DNA of 64,000 nucleotides from the human T2T-CHM13v2.0 reference genome, Homo sapiens (GCF_009914755.1 NC_060926.1), one strand, 5' to 3'. Numbered from the stretch's first letter, positions 13,975 to 25,731 are shown. Made by a program: numbers and translations. The notes: a model not told the origin generated them from the sequence alone.

Positions 13975-16900
13975 ATGGAAGCCAGACAGCCAGCCAACCA
14001 AGCCAGTCAAGCCAGCCAGCCAGCCAAACCAGCCAAGCCAGCCGACCCAGCCAGCCAAGCCAGCCAAGCCAGCCAAGCCAGTCAGCCAGAAAAGCCAGCC
14101 AAGCCTGCCAGCCAGTCAAGCCAGCCAAGCCAGCCAGCCAGCCAAGCCAGCGAAGACACCCAGCCAGCCAAGCAAGCCAAGCCACCCAGCCAGCCAAGCC
14201 TGCCAAGAGACCCAGCAACCCAAGCCAGCCAAGACACCCAGCCAGCCAAGCTAGCCAAGACACCCAGCCAGCGAAGCCAGCCAGCCAGCCAGCCAGCCAA
14301 GCCTGCCAAGCCACCCAGCCAGCCAAGCCAGGCAAACAACCCAGCCAGCCAAGCCAGTCAAGCCACCCAGCCAGCCAAGCCAGCCAAGCCACCCAGCCAG
14401 CCAGCCGGCCAAGCCACTCAGCCAGCCAAGCCAGCCAGCCAGCCAAGCCGGCCAAGCCACTCAGCCAGCCAAGATGGCCAAGCCACCCAGTCAAGCCAGC
14501 TAAGCCAGCCAGGCAGCCAAGCCAGCCAAGCCAGCCAAGACCTCCAGCCAGCCAAGAAAGGCATGCCAGCCAAGCCAGCCAGGGAGCCAAGCCAGCCAGC
14601 AAGCAAAGCCAGGCATGCCAGCCAAGCCAGCCAGGGAGCCAAGCCAGCCAGCAAGCAAAGCCAGGCATGCCAGCCAAGCCAGCCAGGCAGCCAAGCCAGC
14701 CAAGCCAGCCAGCCAGCCAAGCCAGGCATGCCAGCCAAGCCATCCAGCCAGCTAAGCCAGCCAGCAAGCAAAGCCAGGCATGCCAGCCAAGCCAGCCAGC
14801 CAGCCAAGCCAGCCAAGCCAGCCAGCCAGCCCAGCCAGTCAGCCAGCCAAACCAGCCAGCCAGCCAAGCCAGCCAGCCACCCAGCCAAGCCAGCCACCCA
14901 GCAAAGCCAACCAAGAGACCCAAGCCAGCCAGCAAAGCTGGCCAAACCAGCCAAGCCAGTCAGCCAAGCCAGCCAAGCCGGCCACCCAGCCAAGCCAGAC
15001 AAGCCAGCCAACCAGCCAGACAGCCCTGCCAGACAGCCAGCCCAGGCAGCCAAACCAGACAAGCCAGCCAGCCAAGCCAGCCAAGCCAGCCAGCCAGCCA
15101 AGACAGCCAAGCCAGTCAAGCCAGGCAAGCCAGCGAGCCAGCCAAGCCAGCCAACCCAGCCAGCCAAGCCAGCCAAGACAGCCAGCCAGCCAAGCCGGCC
15201 AAGCCAGCCAGCCAAGCAAGCCATGGAAGCCAGACAGCCAGCCAGCCAAGCCAGTCAAGCCAGCCAGCCAGCCAAACCAGCCAAGCCAGCCAACCCAGCC
15301 AGCCAAGCCAGCCAAGCCAGCCAAGCCAGTCAGCCAGAAAAGCCAGCCAAGCCTGCCAGCCAGTCAAGCCAGCCAAGCCAGCCAGCCAGCCAAGCCAGCG
15401 AAGACACCCAGCCAGCCAAGCAAGCCAAGCCACCCAGCCAGCCAAGCCTGCCAAGAGACCCAGCAACCCAAGCCAGCCAAGACACCCAGCCAGCCAAGCT
15501 AGCCAAGACACCCAGCCAGCGAAGCCAGCCAGCCAGCCAGCCAGCCAAGCCTGCCAAGCCACCCAGCCAGCCAAGCCAGGCAAACAACCCAGCCAGCCAA
15601 GCCAGTCAAGCCACCCAGCCAGCCAAGCCAGCCAAGCCACCCAGCCAGCCAAGCTGGCCAAGCCACTCAGCCAGCCAAGCCAGCCAGCCAGCCAAGCCGG
15701 CCAAGCCACTCAGCCAGCCAAGATGGCCAAGCCACCCAGTCAAGCCAGCTAAGCCAGCCAGGCAGCCAAGCCAGCCAAGCCAGCCAAGACCTCCAGCCAG
15801 CCAAGAAAGGCATGCCAGCCAAGCCAGCCAGGGAGCCAAGCCAGCCAGCAAGCAAAGCCAGGCATGCCAGCCAAGCCAGCCAGGCAGCCAAGCCAGCCAA
15901 GCCAGCCAGCCAGCCAAGCCAGGCATGCCAGCCAAGCCATCCAGCCAGCTAAGCCAGCCAGCAAGCAAAGCCAGGCATGCCAGCCAAGCCAGCCAGCCAG
16001 CCAAGCCAGCCAAGCCAGCCAGCCAGCCCAGCCAGTCAGCCAGCCAAACCAGCCAGCCAGCCAAGCCAGCCAGCCACCCAGCCAAGCCAGCCACCCAGCA
16101 AAGCCAACCAAGAGCCCCAAGCCAGCCAGCAAAGCTGGCCAAACCAGCCAAGCCAGTCAGCCAAGCCAGCCAAGCCGGCCACCCATCCAAGCCAGACAAG
16201 CCAGCAAACCAGCCAGACAGCCCAGCCAGACAGCCAGCCCAGGCAGCCAAGAGACCCAAGCCAGCCAGCGAAGCTGGCCAACCCAGCCAAGCCAGTCAGC
16301 CAAGCCAGCCAAGCCGGCCACCCAGCCAAGCCAGCCAAGCCAGCGAACCAGCCAGACAGCCCTGCCAGACAGCCAGCCCAGGCAGCCAAACCAGACAAGC
16401 CAGCCAGCCAAGCCAGCCAAGCCAGCCAGCCAGCCAAGACAGCCAAGCCAGTCAAGCCAGGCAAGCCAGCGAGCCAGCCAAGCCAGCCAACCCAGCCAGC
16501 CAAGCCAGCCAAGACAGCCAGCCAGCCAAGCCGGCCAAGCCAGCCAGCCAAGCAAGCCATGGAAGCCAGACAGCCAGCCAGCCAAGCCAGTCAAGCCAGC
16601 CAGCCAGCCAAACCAGCCAAGCCAGCCAACCCAGCCAGCCAAGCCAGCCAAGCCAGCCAAGCCAGTCAGCCAGAAAAGCCAGCCAAGCCTGCCAGCCAGT
16701 CAAGCCAGCCAAGCCAGCCAGCCAGCCAAGCCGGCCAAGCCACTCAGCCAGCCAAGATGGCCAAGCCACCCAGCCAGCCAAGCCTGCCAAGAGACCCAGC
16801 AACCCAAGCCAGCCAAGACACCCAGCCAGCCAAGCTAGCCAAGACACCCAGCCAGCGAAGCCAGCCAGCCAGCCAGCCAGCCAAGCCAGCCAAGCCACCC

Positions 16901-16990
16901 AGCCAGCCAAGCCAGGCAAACAACCCAGCCAGCCAAGCCAGTCAAGCCACCCAGCCAGCCAAGCCGGCCAAGCCACCCAGCCAGCCAAGC
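13975..16990. repeat. Imperfect ~1.25-1.34 kb satellite higher-order repeat
   Basis: Marker GCCATGGAAGCCAGACAG has its ATG at 13975, 15223 and 16559. Identical 85-aa ORFs at 14082 and 15330 are offset by 1248. Confidence 0.8.
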
Positions 16991-19900
16991 TGGCCAAGTC
17001 ACTCAGCCAGCCAAGCCAGCCAGCCAGCCAAGCCGGCCAAGCCACTCAGCCAGCCAAGATGGCCAAGCCACCCAGTCAAGCCAACTAAGCCAGCCAAGCC
17101 ACCCAGCCAGCCAAGCTGGCCAAGCCACTCAGCCAGCCAAGCCAGCCAGCCAGCCAAGCCGGCCAAGCCACTCAGCCAGCCAAGATGGCCAAGCCACGCA
17201 GTCAAGCCAGCCAAGCCAGCCAGGCAGCCAAGCCAGCCAAGACCTCCAGCCAGCCAAGAAAGGCATGCCAGCCAAGCCAGCAAGGCAGCCAAACCAGCCA
17301 GCAAGCAAAGCCAGGCATGCCAGCCAAGCCAGCCAGGCAGCCAAGCCAGCCAAGCCAGCCAGCCAGCCAAGCCAGCGAAGACACCGAGCCAGCCAAGCAA
17401 GCCAAGCCACCCAGCCAGCCAAGCCTGCCAAGAGACCCAGCAACCCAAGCCAGCCAAGACACCCAGCCAGCCAAGCTAGCCACGACACCCAGCCAGCGAA
17501 GCCAGCCAGCCAGCCAGCCAGCCAAGCCTGCCAAGCCACCCAGCCAGCCAAGCCAGGCAAACAACCCAGCCAGCCAAGCCAGTCAAGCCACCCAGCCAGC
17601 CAAGCCAGCCAAGCCAGCCAAGCCACCCAGCCAGCCAAGCTGGCCAAGCCACTCAGCCAGCCAAGCCAGCCAGCCAGCCAAGCCGGCCAAGCCACTCAGC
17701 CAGCCAAGATGGCCAAGCCACCCAGTCAAGCCAGCTAAGCCAGCCAGGCAGCCAAGCCAGCCAAGCCAGCCAAGACCTCCAGCCAGCCAAGAAAGGCATG
17801 CCAGCCAAGCCAGCCAGGCAGCCAAGCCAGCCAGCAAGCAAAGCCAGGCATGCCAGCCAAGCCAGCCAGGCAGCCAAGCCAGCCAAGCCAGCCAGCCAGC
17901 CAAGCCAGGCATGCCAGCCAAGCCATCCAGCCAGCTAAGTCAGCCGGCTAGCCCAGCCAGCCAAGCCACCCATCCAGCCAAGCCAGCCAGTCAAGCCAGC
18001 CAAGCCAGCCAACCAGTCAAGCCAGTCAGCTAGCCAAGCCAGCCAAGCCACCCGGCCAGCCAAGCCAGCCAGCCAACCCAGCCCAGCCAGCCAACCAGCC
18101 AAGACATTCAGCTAGCCAAGCCAGCCAACCAGCCAGCCAGTCAAGCCGGCCAGCCTGCCAGCCAACCAAGCCGGACAGACAGCCAAGGCAGCCAAGCCGG
18201 CCAGGCAGCCAAGCCAGCCAAGCCACCGACCCAGCCAAGCCACCCAGCCAGCCAAGACAGCCAAGCCAGCCAAACCAGCCTGCCAGCCAAGCCAGCCAAG
18301 CCATCCAGCCTGCCAAGCCAGCTGGCCAGCCAAGCTAGCCAATCCACTCACCCACTCAAGCCAGCCAAGTCACCCGGCCAGCCAAGCCAGCCAGCTCAGA
18401 CAGCCAAGCCAGCCAGCCAAGCCAGCCAAGCCAGCCAGCCAGCCAAGCCGGCCAAGCCACTCAGCCAGCCAAGATGGCCAAGCCACGCAGTCAAGCCAGC
18501 CAAGCCAGCCAGGCAGCCAAGCCAGCCAAGACCTCCAGCCAGCCAAGAAAGGCATGCCAGCCAAGCCAGCTAGGCAGCCAAACCAGCCAGCAAGCAAAGC
18601 CAGGCATGCCAGCCAAGCCAGCCAGGCAGCCAAGCCAGCCAAGCCAGCCAGCCAGCCAAGCCAGCGAAGACACCGAGCCAGCCAAGCAAGCCAAGCCACC
18701 CAGCCAGCCAAGCCTGCCAAGAGACCCAGCAACCCAAGCCAGCCAAGACACCCAGCCAGCCAAGCTAGCCAAGACACCCAGCCAGCGAAGCCAGCCAGCC
18801 AGCCAGCCAAGCCTGCCAAGCCACCCAGCCAGCCAAGCCAGGCAAACAACCCAGCCAGCCAAGCCAGTCAAGCCACCCAGCCAGCCAAGCCAGCCAAGCC
18901 GCCCAGCCAGCCAAGCTGGCCAAGCCACTCAGCCAGCCAAGCCAGCCAGCCAGCCAAGCCGGCCAAGCCACTCAGCCAGCCAAGATGGCCAAGCCACCCA
19001 GTCAAGCCAGCTAAGCCAGCCAGGCAGCCAAGCCAGCCAAGCCAGCCAAGACCTCCAGCCAGCCAAGAAAGGCATGCCAGCCAAGCCAGCCAGGCAGCCA
19101 AGCCAGCCAGCAAGCAAAGCCAGGCATGCCAGCCAAGCCAGCCAGGCAGCCAAGCCAGCCAAGCCAGCCAGCCAGCCAAGCCAGCCAAGCCAGCCAGCCA
19201 GCCAAGCCAGGCATGCCAGCCAAGCCATCCAGCCAGCTAAGCCAGCCGGCTAGCCAAGCCAGACAAGCCACCCGGCCAGCCAAGCCAGCCAGCCAAGGCA
19301 GCCAAGCCAGCCAACCAGTCAAGCCAGTCAGCTAGCCAAGCCAGCCAACCAGCCAGCCAGTCAAGCCGGCCAGCCTGCCAGCCAACCAAGCTGGACAGAC
19401 AGCCAAGGCAGCCAAGCCGGCCAGGCAGCCAAGCCAGCCAAGCCACTGACCCAGCCAAGCCACCCAGCCAGCCAAGACAGCCAAGCCAGCCAAACCAGCC
19501 TGCCAGCCAAGCCAGCCAAGCCATCCAGCCTGCCAAGCCAGCTGGCCAGCCAAGCTAGCCAATCCACTCACCCACTCAAGCCAGTCAAGTCACCTGGCCA
19601 GCCAAGCCAGCCAAGCCAGCCAGCCAGCCCAGAGAGCCAAGCCAGCCAGCCCAGACAGCCAAGCCAGCCAGCCAGCCAAGCCTGCCAAGCCACCCAGCCA
19701 GCCAAGCCAGGCAAACAACCCAGCCAGCCAAGCCAGTCAAGCCAACCAGCCAGCCAAGCCAGCCAAGCCACCCAGCCAGCCAAGCTGGCCAAGCCACTCA
19801 GCCAGCCAAGCCAGCCAGCCAGCCAAGCCGGCCAAGCCACTCAGCCAGCCAAGATGGCCAAGCCACCCAGTCAAGCCAGCTAAGCCAGCCAAGCCAGCCA

Positions 19901-22900
19901 AGACCTCCAGCCAGCCAAGAAAGGCATGCCAGCCAAGCCAGCCAGGCAGCCAAGCCAGCCAGCAAGCAAAGCCAGGCATGCCAGCCAAGCCAGCCAGGCA
20001 GCCAAGCCAGCCAAGCCAGCCAGCCAGCCAAGCCAGGCATGCCAGCCAAGCCATCCAGCCAGCTAAGTCAGCCGGCTAGCCCAGCCAGCCAAGCCACCCA
20101 TCCAGCCAAGCCAGCCAGTCAAGCCAGCCAAGCCAGCCAACCAGTCAAGCCAGTCAGCTAGCCAAGCCAGCCAAGCCACCCGGCCAGCCAAGCCAGCCAG
20201 CCAACCCAGCCCAGCCAGCCAACCAGCCAAGACATTCAGCTAGCCAAGCCAGCCAACCAGCCAGCCAGTCAAGCCGGCCAGCCTGCCAGCCAACCAAGCC
20301 AGCCAGACAGCCAAGGCAGCCAAGCCAGCCAGGCAGCCAAGCCAGCCAAGCCACTGACCCAGCCAAGCCACCCAGCCAGCCAAGAGAGCCAAGCCAGCCA
20401 AGCCAGCCAAACCAGCCTGCCAGCCAAGCCAGCCAAGCCATCCAGCCTGCCAAGCCAGCTGGCCAGCCAAGCTAGCCAATCCGCTCACCCACTCAAGCCA
20501 GCCAAGTCACCCGGCCAGCCAAGCCAGCCAAGCCAGCCAGCCAGCTCAGACAGCCAAGCCAGCCAGCCAAGCCAGCCAAGCCAGCCAGCCAGCCAAGCCA
20601 GCCAAGCCACCCAGCCAGCCAAGCCAGCCAGCAAGCCAGCCAGACAGCCAAGCCAGCCAGCCACCCAGCCAGCCAGTCCAGCCAGCCACCCAGCCAGCCA
20701 AGCCAGCCAGCCATCCAGCCAGCCAGGCCAGCCTGCCACCCAGCCAGCCAAGGCAGACAAGCCAGCCAAGCCAGCCAGCCACCCAGCCAGCCAGGCCAGC
20801 CAGCCACTCAGCCAGCCCAGACAGCCAAGTCAGCCAAGTCAGCCAGCCAGCCAAGGCAGCCAAGCCAGCCAACCGAACAAGAGAGCCAGCCAACCAAGCC
20901 AGCCAAGCCAGCCAGCTAGCCAAGCCACCCAGCCAGCCAGCCAGCCAAACCAGCCAAGCCACCCAGCCAGCCAAGCCAGCCAAGCCAATCAGCCAGCCAG
21001 GCAGCCAGCCACCCAAGCCAGCCAAGCCAGCCAAGCCATCCAAGCCAGCCAGCCAGCCAGCCAGCCAAGCCAGCCAAGCCTCCCAGCCAGCCAAGCCAGC
21101 CAAGCCACCCAGCCAGCCAAGCCAGCCAAGCCACCTAGCCAGCCAGGCCCGCCAGCCAGCCAGCCAGCCAAACCAGCCAAGCCACCCAGCCAGCCAAGCC
21201 AGCCAAGCCAATCAGCCAGCCAGGCAGCCAGCCACCCAAGCCAGCCAAGCCAACCAAGCCATCCAAGCCAGCCAGCCAGCCAGCCAGCCAAGCCAGCCAA
21301 GCCTCCCAGCCAGCCAAGCCAGCCAAGCCACCCAGCCAGCCAAGCCAGCCAAGCCACCCGGCCATCCAAGCCAGCCAAGCCAGTCAGCCAGCCCAGACAG
21401 CCAAGCCAGCCAAGCCAGCCAAGCCCGCCAACCAGCCAAGACAGGCATGCTAGCCAAGCCAGCCAGGCAGCCAAGCCAGCCAGGCAGCGAAGCCAGCCAA
21501 GCCAGCCAGGCAGCGAAGCCAGCCAAGCCAGCCAGCAAGCAAAGCCAGGCATGCCAGCCAAGCCAGCCAACCAGCCAAGCCAGCCAGCTAGCCAAGCCAC
21601 CCAGCCAGCCAGCCAGCCAAACCAGCCAAGCCACCCAGCCAGCCAAGCCACCCAGCCAGCCAAGCCAGCCAAGCCAATCAGCCAGCCAGGCAGCCAGCCA
21701 CCCAGCCAGCCAAGCCAGCCAAGCCACCTAGCCAGCCAGGCCCGCCAGCCAGCCAGCCAGGCAGCCAAGCCAGCCAAGCCAGTCAAGCCCGCCAGCCAGC
21801 CAAGACAGGCATGCCAGCCAAGCCAGCCAGGCAGCCAAGCCAGCCAAGCCAGCCAGCCAGCCAAGCCAGGCATGCCAGCCAAGCCATCCAGCTAGCTAAG
21901 CCAGCCGGCTAGCCAAGCCAGCCAAGCCACCCGGCCGGCAAAGCCAGCCAAGCCAGCCAGCTAGCCAAGCCACCCAGCCAGCCAGCCAGCCAAACCAGCC
22001 AAGCCACCCAGCCAGCCAAGCCACCCAGCCAGCCAAGCCAGCCAAGACAGCCAGGCAGCCAGCCACCCAAGCCAGCCAAGCCAGCCAAGCCGGCCAAACC
22101 AGCCAACCAGCCAAGCCAGCCATCCATCCAAGCCAGCCAAGCCAGCCAGGCAGCCAAGCCAGCCAAGCCAGCCAGCCAGCCAAGCCAGCGAAGACACCGA
22201 GCCAGCCAAACAAGCCAAGCCACCCAGCCAGCCAAGCCTGCCAAGAGACCCAGCAACCCAAGCCAGCCAAGACACCCAGCCAGCCAAGCTAGCCAAGACA
22301 CCCAGCCAGCGAAGCCAGCCAGCCAGCCAGCCAGCCAAGCCTGCCAAGCCACCCAGCCAGCCAAGCCAGGCAAACAACCCAGCCAGCCAAGCCAGTCAAG
22401 CCACCCAGCCAGCCAAGCCGGCCAAGCCACCCAGCCAGCCAAGCTGGCCAAGCCACTCAGCCAGCCAAGCCAGCCAGCCAGCCAAGCCGGCCAAGCCACT
22501 CAGCCAGCCAAGATGGCCAAGCCACCCAGTCAAGCCAGCTAAGCCAGCCAGGCAGCCAAGCCAGCCAAGCCAGCCAAGACCTCCAGCCAGCCAAGAAAGG
22601 CATGCCAGCCAAGCCAGCCAGGCAGCCAAGCCAGCCAGCAAGCAAAGCCAGGCATGCCAGCCAAGCCAGCCAGGCAGCCAAGCCAGCCAAGCCAGCCAGC
22701 CAGCCAAGCCAGGCATGCCAGCCAAGCCATCCAGCCAGCTAAGCCAGCCGGCTAGCCAAGCCAGCCAAGCCACCCGGCCAGCCAAGCCAGCCAGCCAAGC
22801 CAGCCAAGCCAGCCAACCAGTCAAGCCAGTCAGCTAGCCAAGCCAGCCAAGCCACCCGGCCAGCCAAGCCAGCCAGCCAACCCAGCCAAGCCAGCCAACC

Positions 22901-25316
22901 AGCCAAGACATTCAGCTAGCCAAGCCAGCCAACCAGCCAGCCAGTCAAGCCGGCCAGCCTGCCAGCCAACCAAGCCGGACAGACAGCCAAGGCAGCCAAG
23001 CCGGCCAGGCAGCCAAGCCAGCCAAGCCACCGACCCAGCCAAGCCACCCAGCCAGCCAAGACAGCCAAGCCAGCCAAACCAGCCTGCCAGCCAAGCCAGC
23101 CAAGCCATCCAGCCTGCCAAGCCAGCTGGCCAGCCAAGCTAGCCAATCCGCTCACCCACTCAAGCCAGCCAAGTCACCCGGCCAGCCAAGCCAGCCAAGC
23201 CAGCCAGCCAGCCCAGACAGCCAAGCCAGCCAGCCCAGACAGCCAAGCCAGCCAGCCAGCCAAGCCAGCCAAGCCAGCCAGCCAGCCAAGCCAGCCAAGC
23301 CACCCAGCCAGCCCAGACAGCCAGCAAGCCAGCCAGACAGCCAAGCCAGCCAGCCACCCAGCCAGCCAGGACAGCCAGCCACCCAGCCAGCCATCCAGCC
23401 AGCCAAGCCAGCCAGCCATCCAGCCAGCCAGGCCAGCCTGCCACCCAGCCAGCCAAGCCAGACAAGCCAGCCAAGCCAGCCAGCCACCCAGCCAAGCCAG
23501 CCACCCAGCAAAGCCAGCCAAGAGACCCAAGCTTTTTCAGCCACCAGCCATCACTATCCTCTTGTTTTCAAACAGGATTGGGATTTGATTATTTCAAACC
23601 CTTCATGGGATTGAAACTTTGTCTTAAGTCAGTGACTACTACATTTCCAAGTACTTTCGAGGAGACATATTTTCATGTGTTTTTTTGCATAGCTCTGGAT
23701 TTCAACTTACACACCCAGAAATGTCACCTTTAGAGGCCCCTTTGTTGAGTACATTTGATCTCAAGTATTCCAGGTCTGGGGATGGATCTAGCTGGAAAAT
23801 GTTCAGACACTGAAGTTTCTAGAGCCTGAAGATGCTCCCCTATCAGGTACCAGGACCAGCCAGATCTCATTCTCTGACTCTACATAACTTCTGACAAATG
23901 AAATGAAGTTTCCGTTTTTGGCCAACCATGGAGCCTGCTCCGTGTCTGATATTCTTCTTTGAAGACTGAGGATGTGACCTGATTGTTCTCTGCCTCCTTT
24001 TTCTAGCTACATTTTTTTTTTTAGCTGGTTCTCACACGGGCTTTCCATGGCCTCTCTCTGATTGTGGGGACTGGCCGTTTCCCAGGCACAGCACCTTGGC
24101 CTGGGGGAGCCGTGAGAACTGATGAGTGTCTTTTGAAGGAGTCACTGGGCTTCTGCAATGGGAGGATCTTGGTGTGTGGGGAGCGTGGGAACTTTTCCTT
24201 TTGTTGGTTCAGGAATGAAATTGTTGTGTAAATGGACCAAGAGACCTAAGGAAAGGGACAGTCCTTTTGGCTGGTGGGTCCTCTCCACTGATAGATCCAA
24301 ACAACAGAGTGGAAAATGTACCACAAGAAGACTACGCTCGTTGCCTGGAACTCAGTAGCCCCTGTGGCTGGTGTTGGCACTTGCCTTACCAGTGTGAGCC
24401 TGGTTTTCCCGATCATTTGGCCTTCCACAATAAGGACAATTTAAGAGATTATTTCTCAATGTTAACTACTTCCTTGATTAATTTTGTGATCTACCTTTCT
24501 CCTTTCTGACCAGTAGTAGAATCCATTTATGTTTTCAAGATGTTGCTACTTAGGATACAATTATTTCTAAGAAATACAAGTGACATTGCTTTGTAGAATG
24601 GGAACCATGTTCTACAGCCCTGCAAAGACCTGTCCTGAGAGAGCTGGGGGGACGCAGGCTTGGAGGAGGTGAGGGCAGGCACTGAGTGGGTGGAGGGAAT
24701 CAAACGGCTGCCAGAATAAACATCAGATGGAGCTCCTGGGCTTCTTGAGGGGTAGAATTTCCTCTGAGCTCTCTACAAGACCTCAGCCACAACCATTCAT
24801 CTACTTAATACATTGAAGCAATTCACATAAAAAGCCAGACAGATTTTTTTCTCTGAATTTAAAACTGGATTTAGAGACTAGATTAATAAATATTGTCTTT
24901 GTCATGTGAGTCACTTTGGAGAGAATCATGTCCCCACTGTATGGCAATGCAGCAGATCCTGACCATGCATATTTAGTGTGTCCTTCCTGCTCTCTTGGGC
25001 AGACCATCCCATCAGGCTATAGCACGGAGCTCTCACCCATCTCCCTGCTCTGCCATGCACCCTCCTTCTTGCCTGCTCTTTCTTCTCCCTATGGCCAGCC
25101 CCTCCAGCCAACATACTTTTTATCTCTCTTTGTTTTGCAAAATCCTTTTCTCCTATCACTTCCATCATAAAACTAGTATTTGGCAAACAATCACATGTCG
25201 GCATAAAGCTCTTAAATTGACCTGCTTTAGATTAAAGCACAATATGGGTTTTATAGTTTGCCTCAGGTGACCATTTAAATGTCTTGAATAATGAAATGAA
25301 AAACTGGACAGACTAA

Positions 25317-25376
25317 AATAAGAGTCCTGTCTGCCTGTGACAGTGAAGAATAAGAGTCCTGTCTGCCTGTGACAGT
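25317..25376. repeat. Short tandem duplication (28-bp perfect match, period 32)
   Basis: AATAAGAGTCCTGTCTGCCTGTGACAGT at 25317 and 25349. Confidence 0.95.
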
Positions 25377-25731
25377 TAAAGAATGATCCCTCATTGCCTC
25401 TCACACAGCTGCAGTCAGGGTTCCCACCACCCTTTCTGCTGATTCTGAAATCAGCCCTAGTTCATAAATTATCAGGGAATTTGGTGAGTTTTCTCTTTTA
25501 ATGTCAGTCTGTTTATTTGACTGGTAGTTTCTGGCCTTAACACATCCCACTAATGTGTTGTTTAGTTGAGCACAATAATAAATAGAACTTTTGTTTACTT
25601 TTACATCCAAAGATAAATGTTGAGTGCTATTAAAAACTTTTCTAACATAGTAGGCCTCCAATGAGGAATTTTCCTTCAGCAAATCATAAAACTGGGTCTA
25701 GAAGTGCCAACCCAAGTAAAATTACTGATGA

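Larger units (their letters stand above)
1..23532. repeat. Large (CAGC/GCCAA)n satellite array, running off the left window edge
   Basis: Continuous concatenation of GCCA and GCCAA units with recurrent variants (CCCA, GGCATGCC, GACA, GCTA). T is very rare on the + strand. Ends at ...AGAGACCCAAGC|TTTTTC. Confidence 0.98.

Noticed and set aside
512-21895. Plus-strand PAKPA/SQP ORFs as histone H1-like, mucin-like or proline-rich protein genes
   Set aside because: The scarcity of T removes stop codons, and the 4/5-bp units do not respect codon phase. No signal peptide or splice structure is visible.
1-23532. CRISPR-like or bacterial repeat-spacer array
   Set aside because: There is no constant repeat with unique spacers and no cas genes, and the flanking DNA is Alu-containing primate sequence.
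1-23532. Similarity to the myotonic dystrophy type 2 CCTG/CAGG repeat
   Set aside because: CCAG/CTGG is a different tetramer class and lacks the YGCY motif that MBNL binds.
34-23544. Dozens of minus-strand W/L/G/A-rich ORFs resembling membrane or amphipathic peptides
   Set aside because: These are translations of (GGCT/GGCTT)n, open in overlapping frames, mostly with non-ATG starts and no domain content. They are compositional artefacts.
1030-23548. Chi-like GCTGGTGG (CCACCAGC) occurrences in the array and at its edge
   Set aside because: The motif is a one-base-deletion variant of the common CCACCCAGC unit, so it is expected by chance. Chi has no established role in human DNA.
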